Shown here piece by piece: positions 19,078 through 28,484 of a stretch of 57,867 bases of DNA. Position 1 is the first letter of the stretch; each line of letters starts with the position of its first letter. The stretch comes from a virus: the IMG/VR virus record IMGVR_UViG_3300028534_000013, positions 1 through 57,867 of that record; one strand, written 5' to 3'. The notes below the pieces were generated by a model that saw only the letters and a program-made list of their open reading frames with translations, did not search any database and was not told the DNA's origin. The position numbers were made by a program, and so were the translations under genes.

Positions 19078-20195
19078 AGCTTCTCCTCCATATACCACTC
19101 AAGCAGCTCCCTCATCATTTTAGACACCTGAGCCGTTTGAGCTTGGGTTTTGTCCTTTATTAGTTCAGGATATGCTTTTCGTTGCAGTAAGAAATGCATA
19201 ATGCTTTTATCGTCATCTATATACCCGCTCAACGTCCATTCTTTGAACTTCATATGGTTTGGCCATCTCTGATATATTTCAAGAGGATAGCCGGCTTCTT
19301 TGAGAATTTCCTGAGCTCTTAACGGAGGTAAACTTAATAGGTATTTTAATATCCCTTCTCTATCGGCGTGCAGAATACCTTTTTCTTTAAACCTATCCTC
19401 AATGTCAGCAGGCAGCCAATATTCATTCTCTTTACTCCATCTGTCTGACTGAGCTATCTGAGTCAACTGCCCATGAGTTCTTATTTGAGCAAACACGAAA
19501 TACGGCGCTCTGATTCTAAATGATACAAACTGAGGTATATCACTGTCATATGGAATATCTTTCTCATCTATACCAAACTGAAGTAAATTCCTCATGTTCG
19601 TATGCACAACATAGAAATTGTCGCTCATAGGCGATGAGTAAGCGTGTCTCATTAAGTCAAGTATCCTATCTGTTGATGTTGTAAGTATCGGCTCTTCATC
19701 CAAATGATGTGCAAATATTTTCCAAATGCCGCCCTCAAGTTCCTCCAAATAAATCTTCACAGGTATATTTTCAAGAGGTCTGCTAGGTCCGCATCTTACT
19801 TCGCAATCCTGAGTATATTCTTTTGCAACGAATATGTTAAACCAGCCTTTGTCCACTACTTTGTGTGGTGAAAATCTTTTTTCCTCATTTCCGCATTTAA
19901 TGCACGTAAGCTTATAAACGTATTCATCGGCAGTATTCTCGTACCCTGTAAATTTCAGCACATCTCCGCACTTACTGCATTTAGCTTCTGCATAAAACTC
20001 TCCTACAGCTTCATGGAAAAATTCATTCCATCTTTTTTCTGGATTCTTTGAGCCTTTTCTACCAAAAGACACAGAGGCCATATCGGCCGCAAATTTCATC
20101 CTGTTTTCTTTTGATGCGTTTGCATATCTTGATTCAACTCCGTCGACTGGATTAATTGTTACTTCCATTCCACAATCTGTTTTTAAGGTTTTCAT
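19074..20195 (-). CDS. thyX: Divergent flavin-dependent thymidylate synthase (ThyX-like) with Zn-ribbon insert
   Basis: FRIRAPYFVFAQIRTHG-X7-SDR, GYPLE, HFLLQR..TQAQT; CSKC/CIKC insert. Confidence 0.6.
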   Translation of the reverse strand: MKTLKTDCGMEVTINPVDGVESRYANASKENRMKFAADMASVSFGRKGSKNPEKRWNEFFHEAVGEFYAEAKCSKCGDVLKFTGYENTADEYVYKLTCIKCGNEEKRFSPHKVVDKGWFNIFVAKEYTQDCEVRCGPSRPLENIPVKIYLEELEGGIWKIFAHHLDEEPILTTSTDRILDLMRHAYSSPMSDNFYVVHTNMRNLLQFGIDEKDIPYDSDIPQFVSFRIRAPYFVFAQIRTHGQLTQIAQSDRWSKENEYWLPADIEDRFKEKGILHADREGILKYLLSLPPLRAQEILKEAGYPLEIYQRWPNHMKFKEWTLSGYIDDDKSIMHFLLQRKAYPELIKDKTQAQTAQVSKMMRELLEWYMEEKL

Positions 20196-20782
20196 TCTAC
20201 TCCTTTATCTGTAAATGTTGGCCCGGCCATAGTAGCCGGCCCTGTTTTCGCTTCAGTATCCACGTCATCTGAAATAGATTTTCTCTCTTCTTTTAGACGG
20301 TTTTTGAAGTATTCAATTATATCGTCTTTTGTTAAAATTTCATCGTAGTCAATTTCAATTTCTCCACAATCTTGCTCGATTGGTTCATCTATTCTATCAT
20401 TCCAACCGACAGGTTTATATAAGTTAACTACCCATCCTAGTTTTCCGCTTTCAACAAGTTTATCGATAAGTTCTTCATTTGAGTATTCGTCAACTATTTT
20501 ATTGTACGCCTCGTCTGGGTCGCAAGTAGACAGTGAAATGTGATGTGCGAACCTGCTTGGAACACCTTTTGGCCCGAACTCAATCTGAACAAGCTCAAGC
20601 CATTCAATACTATCCCAATCCTCCGTTAAATCTTCCATTGAAACAACAATGTCTACATCAGGTAAAATAACCTTTGCATATTTTTGGTCGTTTACCAACA
20701 TTTGTTTAATTAGAGCATCCACCTCATCTGAGTTCTCAATAAAATCTTCATAACTTTTTTCTTTTGTGTAAAACTCAATCAT
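20192..20782 (-). CDS. Acidic hypothetical protein
   Basis: RBS, tiling. Confidence 0.7.
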   Translation of the reverse strand: MIEFYTKEKSYEDFIENSDEVDALIKQMLVNDQKYAKVILPDVDIVVSMEDLTEDWDSIEWLELVQIEFGPKGVPSRFAHHISLSTCDPDEAYNKIVDEYSNEELIDKLVESGKLGWVVNLYKPVGWNDRIDEPIEQDCGEIEIDYDEILTKDDIIEYFKNRLKEERKSISDDVDTEAKTGPATMAGPTFTDKGVE

Positions 20783-20785
20783 TTA

Positions 20786-21091
20786 TCATCCTTCATACCC
20801 TGTTTTTTCAATTTCATCAATTACCTCAATAAGAAAACTTTTATAAGATACTGCAAAACCGGCAACATTTCTAATAAATTCGTTCCACTTTTCATTCAAA
20901 TACCCATCGTCCAGCTTTCTGTTTAGCCCACGCTCCATAAATTCTTTAAACTTGTCATAATCCACTCTATTGAATAAAAATTTATAGATTATCTCAAAAT
21001 CTTTCGCCTTGCTTAATGTTTTTTCATTCATACTATCTCCTTTAATCCATGTAAATATCAAATCCATCTTTAATTTCATCAGCTCTTCCAA
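20786..21091 (-). CDS. Hypothetical protein
   Basis: Tiling; start uncertain. Confidence 0.6.
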   Translation of the reverse strand: MEELMKLKMDLIFTWIKGDSMNEKTLSKAKDFEIIYKFLFNRVDYDKFKEFMERGLNRKLDDGYLNEKWNEFIRNVAGFAVSYKSFLIEVIDEIEKTGYEG

Positions 21092-21320
21092 GCTCTACAC
21101 TAACCTTATACAAATCATCGTCTTTGTAAATATAGAATCCGTCTTCGCTTTCGTTATACATATCACCCTCTTCTTCGTTTATTTCTATTCCCACTCCGAG
21201 ATGATAGTCTTTAAGCTCTTCTATGTATTCAAGAGCGTCTTTTTTGTCTTTGAAAAATCTTACTTTGGCGTATGCCTCGCTTGGAGCTCCGTTTGCCATA
21301 ATTTCACTCACATACCACAT
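21042..21320 (-). CDS. Small acidic hypothetical protein
   Basis: AAGGAG RBS. Confidence 0.7.
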   Translation of the reverse strand: MWYVSEIMANGAPSEAYAKVRFFKDKKDALEYIEELKDYHLGVGIEINEEEGDMYNESEDGFYIYKDDDLYKVSVELGRADEIKDGFDIYMD

Positions 21321-21507
21321 TAAACTCTCCTTTTGCCTGATGTTTTCTCATGTTTCTTTCCGTTTTTTGCAACAGGTCATAATCGGCAATATCAAAATTT
21401 TCATCCGTATATACTTTCTCTCCACGTTTGTTTTCCCATACTCCAAGCCCCCATCTATGTTCAACCTCTTCAAAACCGTGTTTTTCTAACCATTTTTTCA
21501 ATCCCAT
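21304..21507 (-). CDS. Hypothetical protein
   Basis: GGAG RBS. Confidence 0.65.
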   Translation of the reverse strand: MGLKKWLEKHGFEEVEHRWGLGVWENKRGEKVYTDENFDIADYDLLQKTERNMRKHQAKGEFNVVCE

Positions 21508-21815
21508 TGTTTTTCTCCGAACTTATTTATAATTTCTTCAGACAGGCGAGTAGCGTCTTTTCCTTTTAACTTCTCGGCTTTTGATTTGATAAGATTTACA
21601 ATAAACTCTTCGTTAGCTTTGGTGCATTTCTTACCGATTAGAGTAAACAAAGCCGAAGCTATCACTTCAGTATCAATCTGTCTTTCACGCAACTCATACA
21701 AGCTGTCCTGCATTCCGTCCACCATTGCGTTTAATGCGTCACGAAACCATTCAGGATTTTCTTTTATAGCGTTCCTAACATCATTAATAAATTCAAACTT
21801 ATCATCCCATTTCAT
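21498..21815 (-). CDS. Hypothetical protein
   Basis: Start 21815 (MKWDDK) behind AAGGAG. Confidence 0.7.
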   Translation of the reverse strand: MKWDDKFEFINDVRNAIKENPEWFRDALNAMVDGMQDSLYELRERQIDTEVIASALFTLIGKKCTKANEEFIVNLIKSKAEKLKGKDATRLSEEIINKFGEKQWD

Positions 21816-22116
21816 CGTCTTCTCCTTCAAACAGGTCAATCAGATATGCTTCCATTCTCTCAATGATTTGTCTTTTGACAACATTCCTCTCTTCTTCGTC
21901 ACTATATAACCATTCCCTTACTGCAAACACCTCAGATTCTATGTCCCCCAAATTAGCCCCCTGTCTGTCCCTAAGCCAGTAAACGTTTCTTCCGTTTCCA
22001 AGTTCCTCAGTAACTACATCAAACTCAACCATGTCAAGCAGCTCTTTCATTGTCTCCCAAGTGATTTCATCAGGGTTACCCCATGATTTCCACCACTTTG
22101 TTAAATCTACAGCCAT
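21802..22116 (-). CDS. Acidic phage protein
   Basis: LRDRQGANLGDIE motif. Confidence 0.7.
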   Translation of the reverse strand: MAVDLTKWWKSWGNPDEITWETMKELLDMVEFDVVTEELGNGRNVYWLRDRQGANLGDIESEVFAVREWLYSDEEERNVVKRQIIERMEAYLIDLFEGEDDEMG

Positions 22117-22125
22117 TTCAAATCC

Positions 22126-22452
22126 TTAAAACGCAGTAGCGAATACACCGTTGTCAGTGCTTACTTCGTTCAGTCTAACCGCAATAGCATATACCCTGTT
22201 ATCATCGTATGCCACGAATTCGTTATCATTGTTCACTCTCACAATGTTTTCAAACGCTTTACCGATGTCGCTGTATTTTCCGTCTTCAACCAAATACCTT
22301 GCACCTTCTTTCATAAACTCTTCGGCCTCTTTTTTTTCAGCTTTGAATGCGCTAACCGCCTTATCATAATCAGAAAACACTCTTATTACGCAATCTGTAT
22401 CAAGAACCGCTTCTCCACTGTTTAAAACAGTCACTACATATACCTTTTTCAT
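22126..22452 (-). CDS. Hypothetical protein
   Basis: AAGGAG RBS; VYVV..VFSDYDKA. Confidence 0.7.
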   Translation of the reverse strand: MKKVYVVTVLNSGEAVLDTDCVIRVFSDYDKAVSAFKAEKKEAEEFMKEGARYLVEDGKYSDIGKAFENIVRVNNDNEFVAYDDNRVYAIAVRLNEVSTDNGVFATAF

Positions 22453-22462
22453 TTCTCTCTCC

Positions 22463-23119
22463 TTAGTTGTTTAATACTTCAATCCCGTATGGGATATACA
22501 ATCTGTCTCCTGCCGGAGCAACATATATGCACACAAACATCTGATGTTTCAATAAGTCTATCGCTATTACCAGCTCATCGTTTGTTACATCAAAATACGC
22601 CATATCCATAGGTATATTTAACCTATCCCTTATAGTGCTTACAATCGAATCAAACGACATCCTTTTGTTGCTCAAACAATCCAACAACTCATCACTGTCT
22701 GTTTTTGCGGTCTCGTATCTTGCTATTATTCTACACTCTTCAATACTCATATCAATCTCGTCATCAAACGCTATCCTGTCTGACGGGTCGTATTTTAACA
22801 CGGCAGGAATTTGCTGCAGCTGATACAAATACGTATATTTGTCCTCTTCTGAAATTTTCACAATTTGAAATCCAAGCTCTTCAAAAGCGTACTCAATCTC
22901 GTCAAAACCGTTTACAGATGCTTTATTGGTTGATATATGGAGCAAATCCATCATGTGTCTGATTAAATTAAACAAAGCCTGATTTAAACTGTCGGCGCAT
23001 ACACCAACCATTTGCATATTTTCATCCATTACACATACTTCACCGGTATCATCAGCCGATACGTAAAACTTACCGCCGTTCTCATACAGTTTTTTAAGAA
23101 AATCTTTATTTACTTTCAT
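22463..23119 (-). CDS. Hypothetical protein
   Basis: AAGGA RBS. Confidence 0.7.
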   Translation of the reverse strand: MKVNKDFLKKLYENGGKFYVSADDTGEVCVMDENMQMVGVCADSLNQALFNLIRHMMDLLHISTNKASVNGFDEIEYAFEELGFQIVKISEEDKYTYLYQLQQIPAVLKYDPSDRIAFDDEIDMSIEECRIIARYETAKTDSDELLDCLSNKRMSFDSIVSTIRDRLNIPMDMAYFDVTNDELVIAIDLLKHQMFVCIYVAPAGDRLYIPYGIEVLNN

Positions 23120-23339
23120 TTTTATCCTTTGCCTGTTTAACGTGTTTTACCTCTTTAACCTGAGGGCAGTTTTGTTTATTTATACTTTTAACGGCGTCCA
23201 ATCCATACATTCCGATTAGCACAATCCCGCCTATAATCCAAAAACTTACATCTCCAGCCTCTTTTACAAATTTAGCTCCGAGATAAGCAAGCGATAGAAT
23301 TACCGCTGCTATAATAATAGAAATAGCCAATACTGTCAT
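23106..23339 (-). CDS. Two-TM membrane protein
   Basis: Two hydrophobic helices, basic tail. Confidence 0.7.
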   Translation of the reverse strand: MTVLAISIIIAAVILSLAYLGAKFVKEAGDVSFWIIGGIVLIGMYGLDAVKSINKQNCPQVKEVKHVKQAKDKNESK

Positions 23340-23713
23340 AGTTCCTCCTTTAAATGGTAATATATGGCGTTAATCATATCTATAACGTCTTTGTTTTCAA
23401 CAATTTTTATTCTATTATCTTCAACTCCGTACACCGACCTCATAAAACATTCGATTAAATCGTCTTCAAAGTCTGAATATTTTTCTTTAGGAACGTTCTC
23501 ATTGTCAACCTCTACGCTTTTTATTTCGATATTGTAAGCATCGTTTTTATAAGGCAGCCCGAATTGGATTTCCCATAATGTTCCGTTGGCGTCTAATTCC
23601 TGTGTTAAATACCCGTCAAACACTATTTCCACTACAATGTCGTTAAAACATTCAGTCCCTAGTAAAACTTTCTCGTCTTCAAACTTATAAACTTCATATT
23701 TTTTATATCCCAT
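23336..23713 (-). CDS. Hypothetical protein (possible paralog family)
   Basis: EIVFDGYLT and DFEDDLIEC motifs. Confidence 0.7.
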   Translation of the reverse strand: MGYKKYEVYKFEDEKVLLGTECFNDIVVEIVFDGYLTQELDANGTLWEIQFGLPYKNDAYNIEIKSVEVDNENVPKEKYSDFEDDLIECFMRSVYGVEDNRIKIVENKDVIDMINAIYYHLKEEL

Positions 23714-23722
23714 TTTACTTCC

Positions 23723-24142
23723 TTAATCATATTCTTCTATTAAACAACCTGATGTCATTTTTTCAAACAGACTGTCGTCAAGTTTAGGGTTTCTGATAAA
23801 CGCATTACTTACAGACCAAAAGTGGCCGTCAGCAATGTCGCAATCTGGAAATTCAGAATAATGATAATCCAACTCAATTTCAAGACCTGTTAACGCTTTA
23901 ACTTCTTCTTCAACTCTTTTAACATCTTCTTCAAATTTATCCAAAACAAACTCTAAGCACGTATCTCCGAATTCACAATCCTCTACATCGTAATCGTAAA
24001 GCTCTCCCCTCTGTAGTCCTTGAGCTAATCCGTCCATACATTTTCCATACACTTGATATAGTGCATCCATCATAGGGCTCACTTTCCTCAAGTAATCCAC
24101 GCTTATAACAGTTTCGTGTCTGCAATGCATTTTCATTTTCAT
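23723..24142 (-). CDS. Acidic hypothetical protein
   Basis: GGAGG RBS. Confidence 0.7.
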   Translation of the reverse strand: MKMKMHCRHETVISVDYLRKVSPMMDALYQVYGKCMDGLAQGLQRGELYDYDVEDCEFGDTCLEFVLDKFEEDVKRVEEEVKALTGLEIELDYHYSEFPDCDIADGHFWSVSNAFIRNPKLDDSLFEKMTSGCLIEEYD

Positions 24143-24432
24143 CCCTCCAATTCAGTAATTTCATCCTCAAGCTCGTTAATTCTCTCGTTCAGCTCTTCTA
24201 TTTCTTCTAAAAGCTCATCAATCTGATTTTCTGCAGCGGTTCGCATATCTTCATTCGTTTGTCTTACTTCCTCTATATACGGGAGAATTCTTTCCATAAT
24301 CTCTTCCGTATATTCTTTGGTTTTAGATTCGTTAAAACCTAATTCATTCTCAAAAAAGTCTTCAACATCAGATTCTATGTAACGTATGTTTCTGTCAATA
24401 ATGGGGCATGTGTGATTAAAATCAAAACTCAT
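24139..24432 (-). CDS. Coiled-coil phage protein
   Basis: HTCPIID..EEVRQTNEDMR; start 24432. Confidence 0.7.
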   Translation of the reverse strand: MSFDFNHTCPIIDRNIRYIESDVEDFFENELGFNESKTKEYTEEIMERILPYIEEVRQTNEDMRTAAENQIDELLEEIEELNERINELEDEITELEG

Positions 24433-24632
24433 TCGTCCACCATTTCGATAGTGCAAGTTATTGATTTCTTAATATTCATCAGATTGAACATAGCATTATC
24501 TCTGACATCGTGCCAGTATTTACTTCTAACAAATCTTTGCCCCACTATCTTTCCGTTCTCATCGTAATACGTTATTACATACAAATTTCCGTACAATTTA
24601 CGTTTCAACCATTTCTTAAATGCATTCCACAT
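24429..24632 (-). CDS. Hypothetical protein
   Basis: Start 24632 coupled to upstream stop. Confidence 0.6.
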   Translation of the reverse strand: MWNAFKKWLKRKLYGNLYVITYYDENGKIVGQRFVRSKYWHDVRDNAMFNLMNIKKSITCTIEMVDE

Positions 24633-24718
24633 CAGAACCACCTTCCTTCTTCTTCAGCTTCGTTATACATAACCGCAAACAACACCACAATCACTGGTAA
24701 TAAAAACAATAAATCCAT
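24632..24718 (-). CDS. 28-aa membrane peptide
   Basis: Below cutoff; MDLLFLLPVIVVLFAVMYNEAEEEGRWF behind AAGGAG. Confidence 0.6.
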   Translation of the reverse strand: MDLLFLLPVIVVLFAVMYNEAEEEGRWF

Positions 24719-24728
24719 AATATCTCCT

Positions 24729-25301
24729 TTATACCGGTCTTATCACAACACCTGAACTAACAACCGCATAATCTACGCCAAGGTCACGCCCAAGGGATTT
24801 GTAATCAATATAGTATCTTATGGTCTCAGGTATATTTCCGTAAAGCCCTTCGTCAACCATAAGCCTTGCAAGCTGCTCAAGAGTTTCTTCATCATCTAAG
24901 CTTCCCGGAAAGTAATAAACTTCCATATCCTGTAAATGGTCTATACACCAATCGTATGTATAGCCATATTCCATATACGCAGCTATTTTATCTTTATCAT
25001 CATCATCCATAATATACCAGTCAGTATAATCATCAAACAGCTCTTTCAGCGTCTTATCATTGTTTGGATTATTGAATACATCATCCAACAGTTTCTCCCA
25101 TACGCTTTCTTCAACTTCATCCTCGTATTCGGCATCATCTATAGTTAACCACTCATATATCGGCAACTCTTCCCAATCATCAGGAAGTCCGTATTTTTTA
25201 AGTTTCTTAACTTTCTTTTTTACGTCTTCCCATTTTCCTGTAAAATCCAAATATTCGATATTCACATCTTCATCGTCATTCAAATACACATGTAATTCCA
25301 T
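24729..25301 (-). CDS. ardA: Antirestriction protein ArdA (DNA mimic)
   Basis: Very acidic; C-terminal LVDEG.YGNIPETIRYYIDYKSLGRDL signature. Confidence 0.8.
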   Translation of the reverse strand: MELHVYLNDDEDVNIEYLDFTGKWEDVKKKVKKLKKYGLPDDWEELPIYEWLTIDDAEYEDEVEESVWEKLLDDVFNNPNNDKTLKELFDDYTDWYIMDDDDKDKIAAYMEYGYTYDWCIDHLQDMEVYYFPGSLDDEETLEQLARLMVDEGLYGNIPETIRYYIDYKSLGRDLGVDYAVVSSGVVIRPV

Positions 25302-25302
25302 G

Positions 25303-25611
25303 TTAATCCTTTATCCAAGTTTTTAATATTTGGTCAATAGAGCCGTCAAAGAACAGTGTGTCATCAGACTCAACACCAAGGCATTCAATCAAGTCTGATT
25401 TGAAGTCGTATTCATATTTGATTTCAACTTCTTTTCCGTTTTTATAAACTGATACTTCTGTTTCATCAGGGTCAATTATATAAGTGTTATATCCGTCAGA
25501 AGGACAGTTTATTTGCCCTCTGTTTATTGTAAAAGTAAGTTCAACACCATCTTTTTCATATACAACTTCTTCGTTTGTAATTTTATAAACTTTTAATTCA
25601 AGCTCAACCAT
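25303..25611 (-). CDS. Hypothetical protein (possible paralog family)
   Basis: YDFKSDLIECLGVE. Confidence 0.7.
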   Translation of the reverse strand: MVELELKVYKITNEEVVYEKDGVELTFTINRGQINCPSDGYNTYIIDPDETEVSVYKNGKEVEIKYEYDFKSDLIECLGVESDDTLFFDGSIDQILKTWIKD

Positions 25612-25627
25612 TCAATCTCCTTTTAAA

Positions 25628-26239
25628 TTAGTATACATACCTGAAATATGCTGTTTCAACTATTTTCCAGGTAAGTTTGTCAATGTCGAATTCTTTTTTG
25701 TTTGAGACGGCCTTTTTTTTGCAACGCAATACACCGTTCTCAATAATATATAACCCGATATGTTTTCTATTCCCGGACTGCTGTATCTTTTCAAGAGCTT
25801 TGCTTTCAAGAGATGCTGGAACCACAAAATACAAGACATTACATTTGTTCAGATAGTCTTCATATTTTATGTCCCGCTTTAAATCTGATGAGCTTGTTTT
25901 GATTTCGAACCCTATGACACGATTATTTTTTGAAAACCTCTCAATTGCAAGAACATCAAATCTTTGCCTTCCAAGTGAAACTTCATCGCATAAATACGCT
26001 TTGTCCCTAAATTCTTTAAATATAGCTCTTTTAATTGTGTAGGAATCGTATTTTTCGGAAGGAGGTATCAACTTGTTTACCACTCTTAACACTCTTTTTA
26101 AGGATTTAGATATTCTGTCTACACAATTGCATTTTTCGTCAGAAGGCAAAAACGCAAGCTCATCTTTCAGCGCAGTCCTTAAGGTATATAATTCTTCAAC
26201 TCTCTTCATCGCAACATCCGTCAGGAAGTTTATAGCCAA
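25628..26239 (-). CDS. MmcB-like PD-(D/E)XK nuclease
   Basis: EVSL..RFDVLAI..GFEIKTSSSDLKRD.KY..YL..CN.LYFVVP; start uncertain. Confidence 0.75.
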   Translation of the reverse strand: MAINFLTDVAMKRVEELYTLRTALKDELAFLPSDEKCNCVDRISKSLKRVLRVVNKLIPPSEKYDSYTIKRAIFKEFRDKAYLCDEVSLGRQRFDVLAIERFSKNNRVIGFEIKTSSSDLKRDIKYEDYLNKCNVLYFVVPASLESKALEKIQQSGNRKHIGLYIIENGVLRCKKKAVSNKKEFDIDKLTWKIVETAYFRYVY

Positions 26240-26417
26240 GCTCTTTTAGTTTAGCAGCCACCTCTTTAGGCAAAGAATATACACCGTCATAATCAATAAG
26301 TTCTTTACCTTCAAACCATAAACCTCCGCCCACTTCATCTCCAAGATGTTTGTGTTCGAAACATCCTCTATCCCCATCTATTTCAATTTCAAAACTTTTT
26401 GTTTCTATTTTTAACAT
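26196..26417 (-). CDS. Small phage protein
   Basis: GGGLWFEGKELIDYDGVYSLP motif. Confidence 0.7.
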   Translation of the reverse strand: MLKIETKSFEIEIDGDRGCFEHKHLGDEVGGGLWFEGKELIDYDGVYSLPKEVAAKLKELGYKLPDGCCDEES

Positions 26418-26635
26418 TAAATCTCCTTTAAAACTAATATCACAGCTTTACTCAGATTGTTTTTATGGATTGCTTTTGCTTTTTGTGACAGTTCCATGAA
26501 TTTAAAATGTTTTTCAAAAGTGTTCATACAGTAAACCCCAAACATGTCATCAATGAAACTTTCAAACCAAATATCTTTAATCAGTTCATACTCATCAAAT
26601 ATAAAATCTTCGTACGCCAATCTGTATCCATTCAT
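26417..26635 (-). CDS. Hypothetical protein
   Basis: AAGGA RBS. Confidence 0.65.
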   Translation of the reverse strand: MNGYRLAYEDFIFDEYELIKDIWFESFIDDMFGVYCMNTFEKHFKFMELSQKAKAIHKNNLSKAVILVLKEI

Positions 26636-26821
26636 ATTATTCCTTTGGTTTAAATTTATTTACATATCTTTCAGTATCCATTTGAATAAATCCGGGCTTA
26701 AGCTGCATTAATTCCACGGCTTTTAAATACAGCTTGTTGCTCGGACCGTATTCTCTTAACTCATCATCCAATCTATTTGTTCTTTTGATAAATTCGAATA
26801 CCGAAAGATGTTTTGAAGTTG

Positions 26822-27121
26822 CTACTTTCCCCCGCAGCTCTTGATAGATATTTTAACCCCTCTTGTGCTTTTTAACTTTAACTTATCTTTTACCACGGCG
26901 GTAAGCGATTTTGTAAGTATTTCGCTTTCATCGATTTCAACAGTTTGTACCTTGCCGGTATTTACGGTAATTTTATCCTCTCCTATCTCAATATCGTCAG
27001 GATGCACGTTTTTAATTCCGTGTTCCTCAAGTATGTCTAGCACAGTGCTTGTAAGTAAATCTTCTTTCTTGTATTTGATAGTTTTCTTTTTGCCTTGCTC
27101 TACAGCTATCAATAATTTCAT
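26822..27121 (-). CDS. Hypothetical protein; possible -1 frameshift extension to 26637
   Basis: AAGGAG RBS; ends G GGA AAG TAG. Confidence 0.7.
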   Translation of the reverse strand: MKLLIAVEQGKKKTIKYKKEDLLTSTVLDILEEHGIKNVHPDDIEIGEDKITVNTGKVQTVEIDESEILTKSLTAVVKDKLKLKSTRGVKISIKSCGGK

Positions 27122-27915
27122 TTGTTCTCCTTCATTAGTATTTTGAAAGGCAACTCATCATCGAACGGCTCCCAGTAATCAAACTCAGTATCATCGTCAT
27201 CTTCATGCACGGGTTCAACATACACGGGAGAGCTATACCATGACCACTCTCTTTTGTCGAATTTCCTCAATTGAGGTGCGTCATAATCGTTATATACCCA
27301 AATATAGTCTCCTTTTTCAGGCTCTACTATTTCGTGCATTATTTTGGTGGAAATAATCTCAGCCGGTGTTATCTCACGATGCGACTTAGATATAAATCTA
27401 ACAGTATTTTTATGGTTTTTATCTTTAATTGCCTTAAATAAAACTTTATTCACGTGTCCACTAGGAGTTTCAAAATGAAGTTTAATAAACTCGGCTTCGT
27501 TTAGTTTTTTATACAGTGAATAATCCAAAATATGCGACATAACCTTTGCGTTTGATTTTTTAATCCAACTAATTAAGTTTCTTATGTTTTCCCCGGTTGC
27601 ATCGCCTTTTAGGGATACGTATTCAAAAGACAAACTATCATCTCTCCACTCAAAGTAACCTATGTTTTCATGTTTTTCTGAGCTTGAAAGAGCAGACTGC
27701 TCATCCCATTTAATCACATCACCGGCATAAACATCAACTCCTTTGTCAGTGGTAAACAGGTATGCGGATAGAGTGTCTTTATCAACCTTTTGACCTCTTA
27801 TCGAAGCACTGCTTTCATCTTTATACGACAGTACGACAAATCCTTCCTTCCATACACCGTAATCAGTTCGCCCTTTATATTTTATCTCGTTACAAAACTT
27901 TAACTCATTCATCAT
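27118..27915 (-). CDS. YopX-domain protein with C-terminal extension
   Basis: EIKYKGR..GVWKEG..VDKDTL..DKGVDVYAGDVI. Confidence 0.65.
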   Translation of the reverse strand: MMNELKFCNEIKYKGRTDYGVWKEGFVVLSYKDESSASIRGQKVDKDTLSAYLFTTDKGVDVYAGDVIKWDEQSALSSSEKHENIGYFEWRDDSLSFEYVSLKGDATGENIRNLISWIKKSNAKVMSHILDYSLYKKLNEAEFIKLHFETPSGHVNKVLFKAIKDKNHKNTVRFISKSHREITPAEIISTKIMHEIVEPEKGDYIWVYNDYDAPQLRKFDKREWSWYSSPVYVEPVHEDDDDTEFDYWEPFDDELPFKILMKENK

Positions 27916-28064
27916 TTACCCTTTTTATTGATATTACATCCGTTTATTACTCCAACAACAGTGACAACTACAGTTACAACAGCTAACCCAAGCTCAATCC
28001 ATTTGCAAACGTCATTTGTATTATCTACCTTAACATTTTCAATCTTTTTAACGTTTTTGCCCAT
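27912..28064 (-). CDS. 50-aa single-TM protein
   Basis: Below cutoff; MGKNVKK...WIELGLAVVTVVVTVVGVINGC...; fills gap exactly. Confidence 0.6.
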   Translation of the reverse strand: MGKNVKKIENVKVDNTNDVCKWIELGLAVVTVVVTVVGVINGCNINKKGK

Positions 28065-28067
28065 CGT

Positions 28068-28484
28068 TCAACCTTCTATCAATTTTGGCTGTTTACCCAA
28101 ATATCTTTCCTCTGCAACCTTGATAGCTACTTTTTCGCTTTTAGTAGCTTTTCCGTCTACGGCAAGAGTTTTAAAGCCTGTGTCAGGGCTCCAATAATCC
28201 CAATTGCCTATACTGTCGCAATATATTACCTTGTCCACCCCTATTTCAGCTGCTACTTTTTCAATGTTATTCGTAACGCTCATCCCGCCGTATTCGTTAA
28301 TCAGGTCTATAACTATACCTACCTTATGTCCGTTAATTTCAACAAAATGATAGGCGTAAGAACTTTTTCCGTGCTCACCTTCCGCTTTAACTATATTTAA
28401 TTTTGACGCACACACCGGTCCAATTTCTCTTGCAATGGAAGACGGATTAGATAACGGTTTTCCGCATATTTTACAGTTACTCAT
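28068..28484 (-). CDS. DUF6011 zinc-finger domain protein
   Basis: CKICGKPLSNPSSIAREIGPVC; start 28484 behind AAGGAG. Confidence 0.75.
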   Translation of the reverse strand: MSNCKICGKPLSNPSSIAREIGPVCASKLNIVKAEGEHGKSSYAYHFVEINGHKVGIVIDLINEYGGMSVTNNIEKVAAEIGVDKVIYCDSIGNWDYWSPDTGFKTLAVDGKATKSEKVAIKVAEERYLGKQPKLIEG

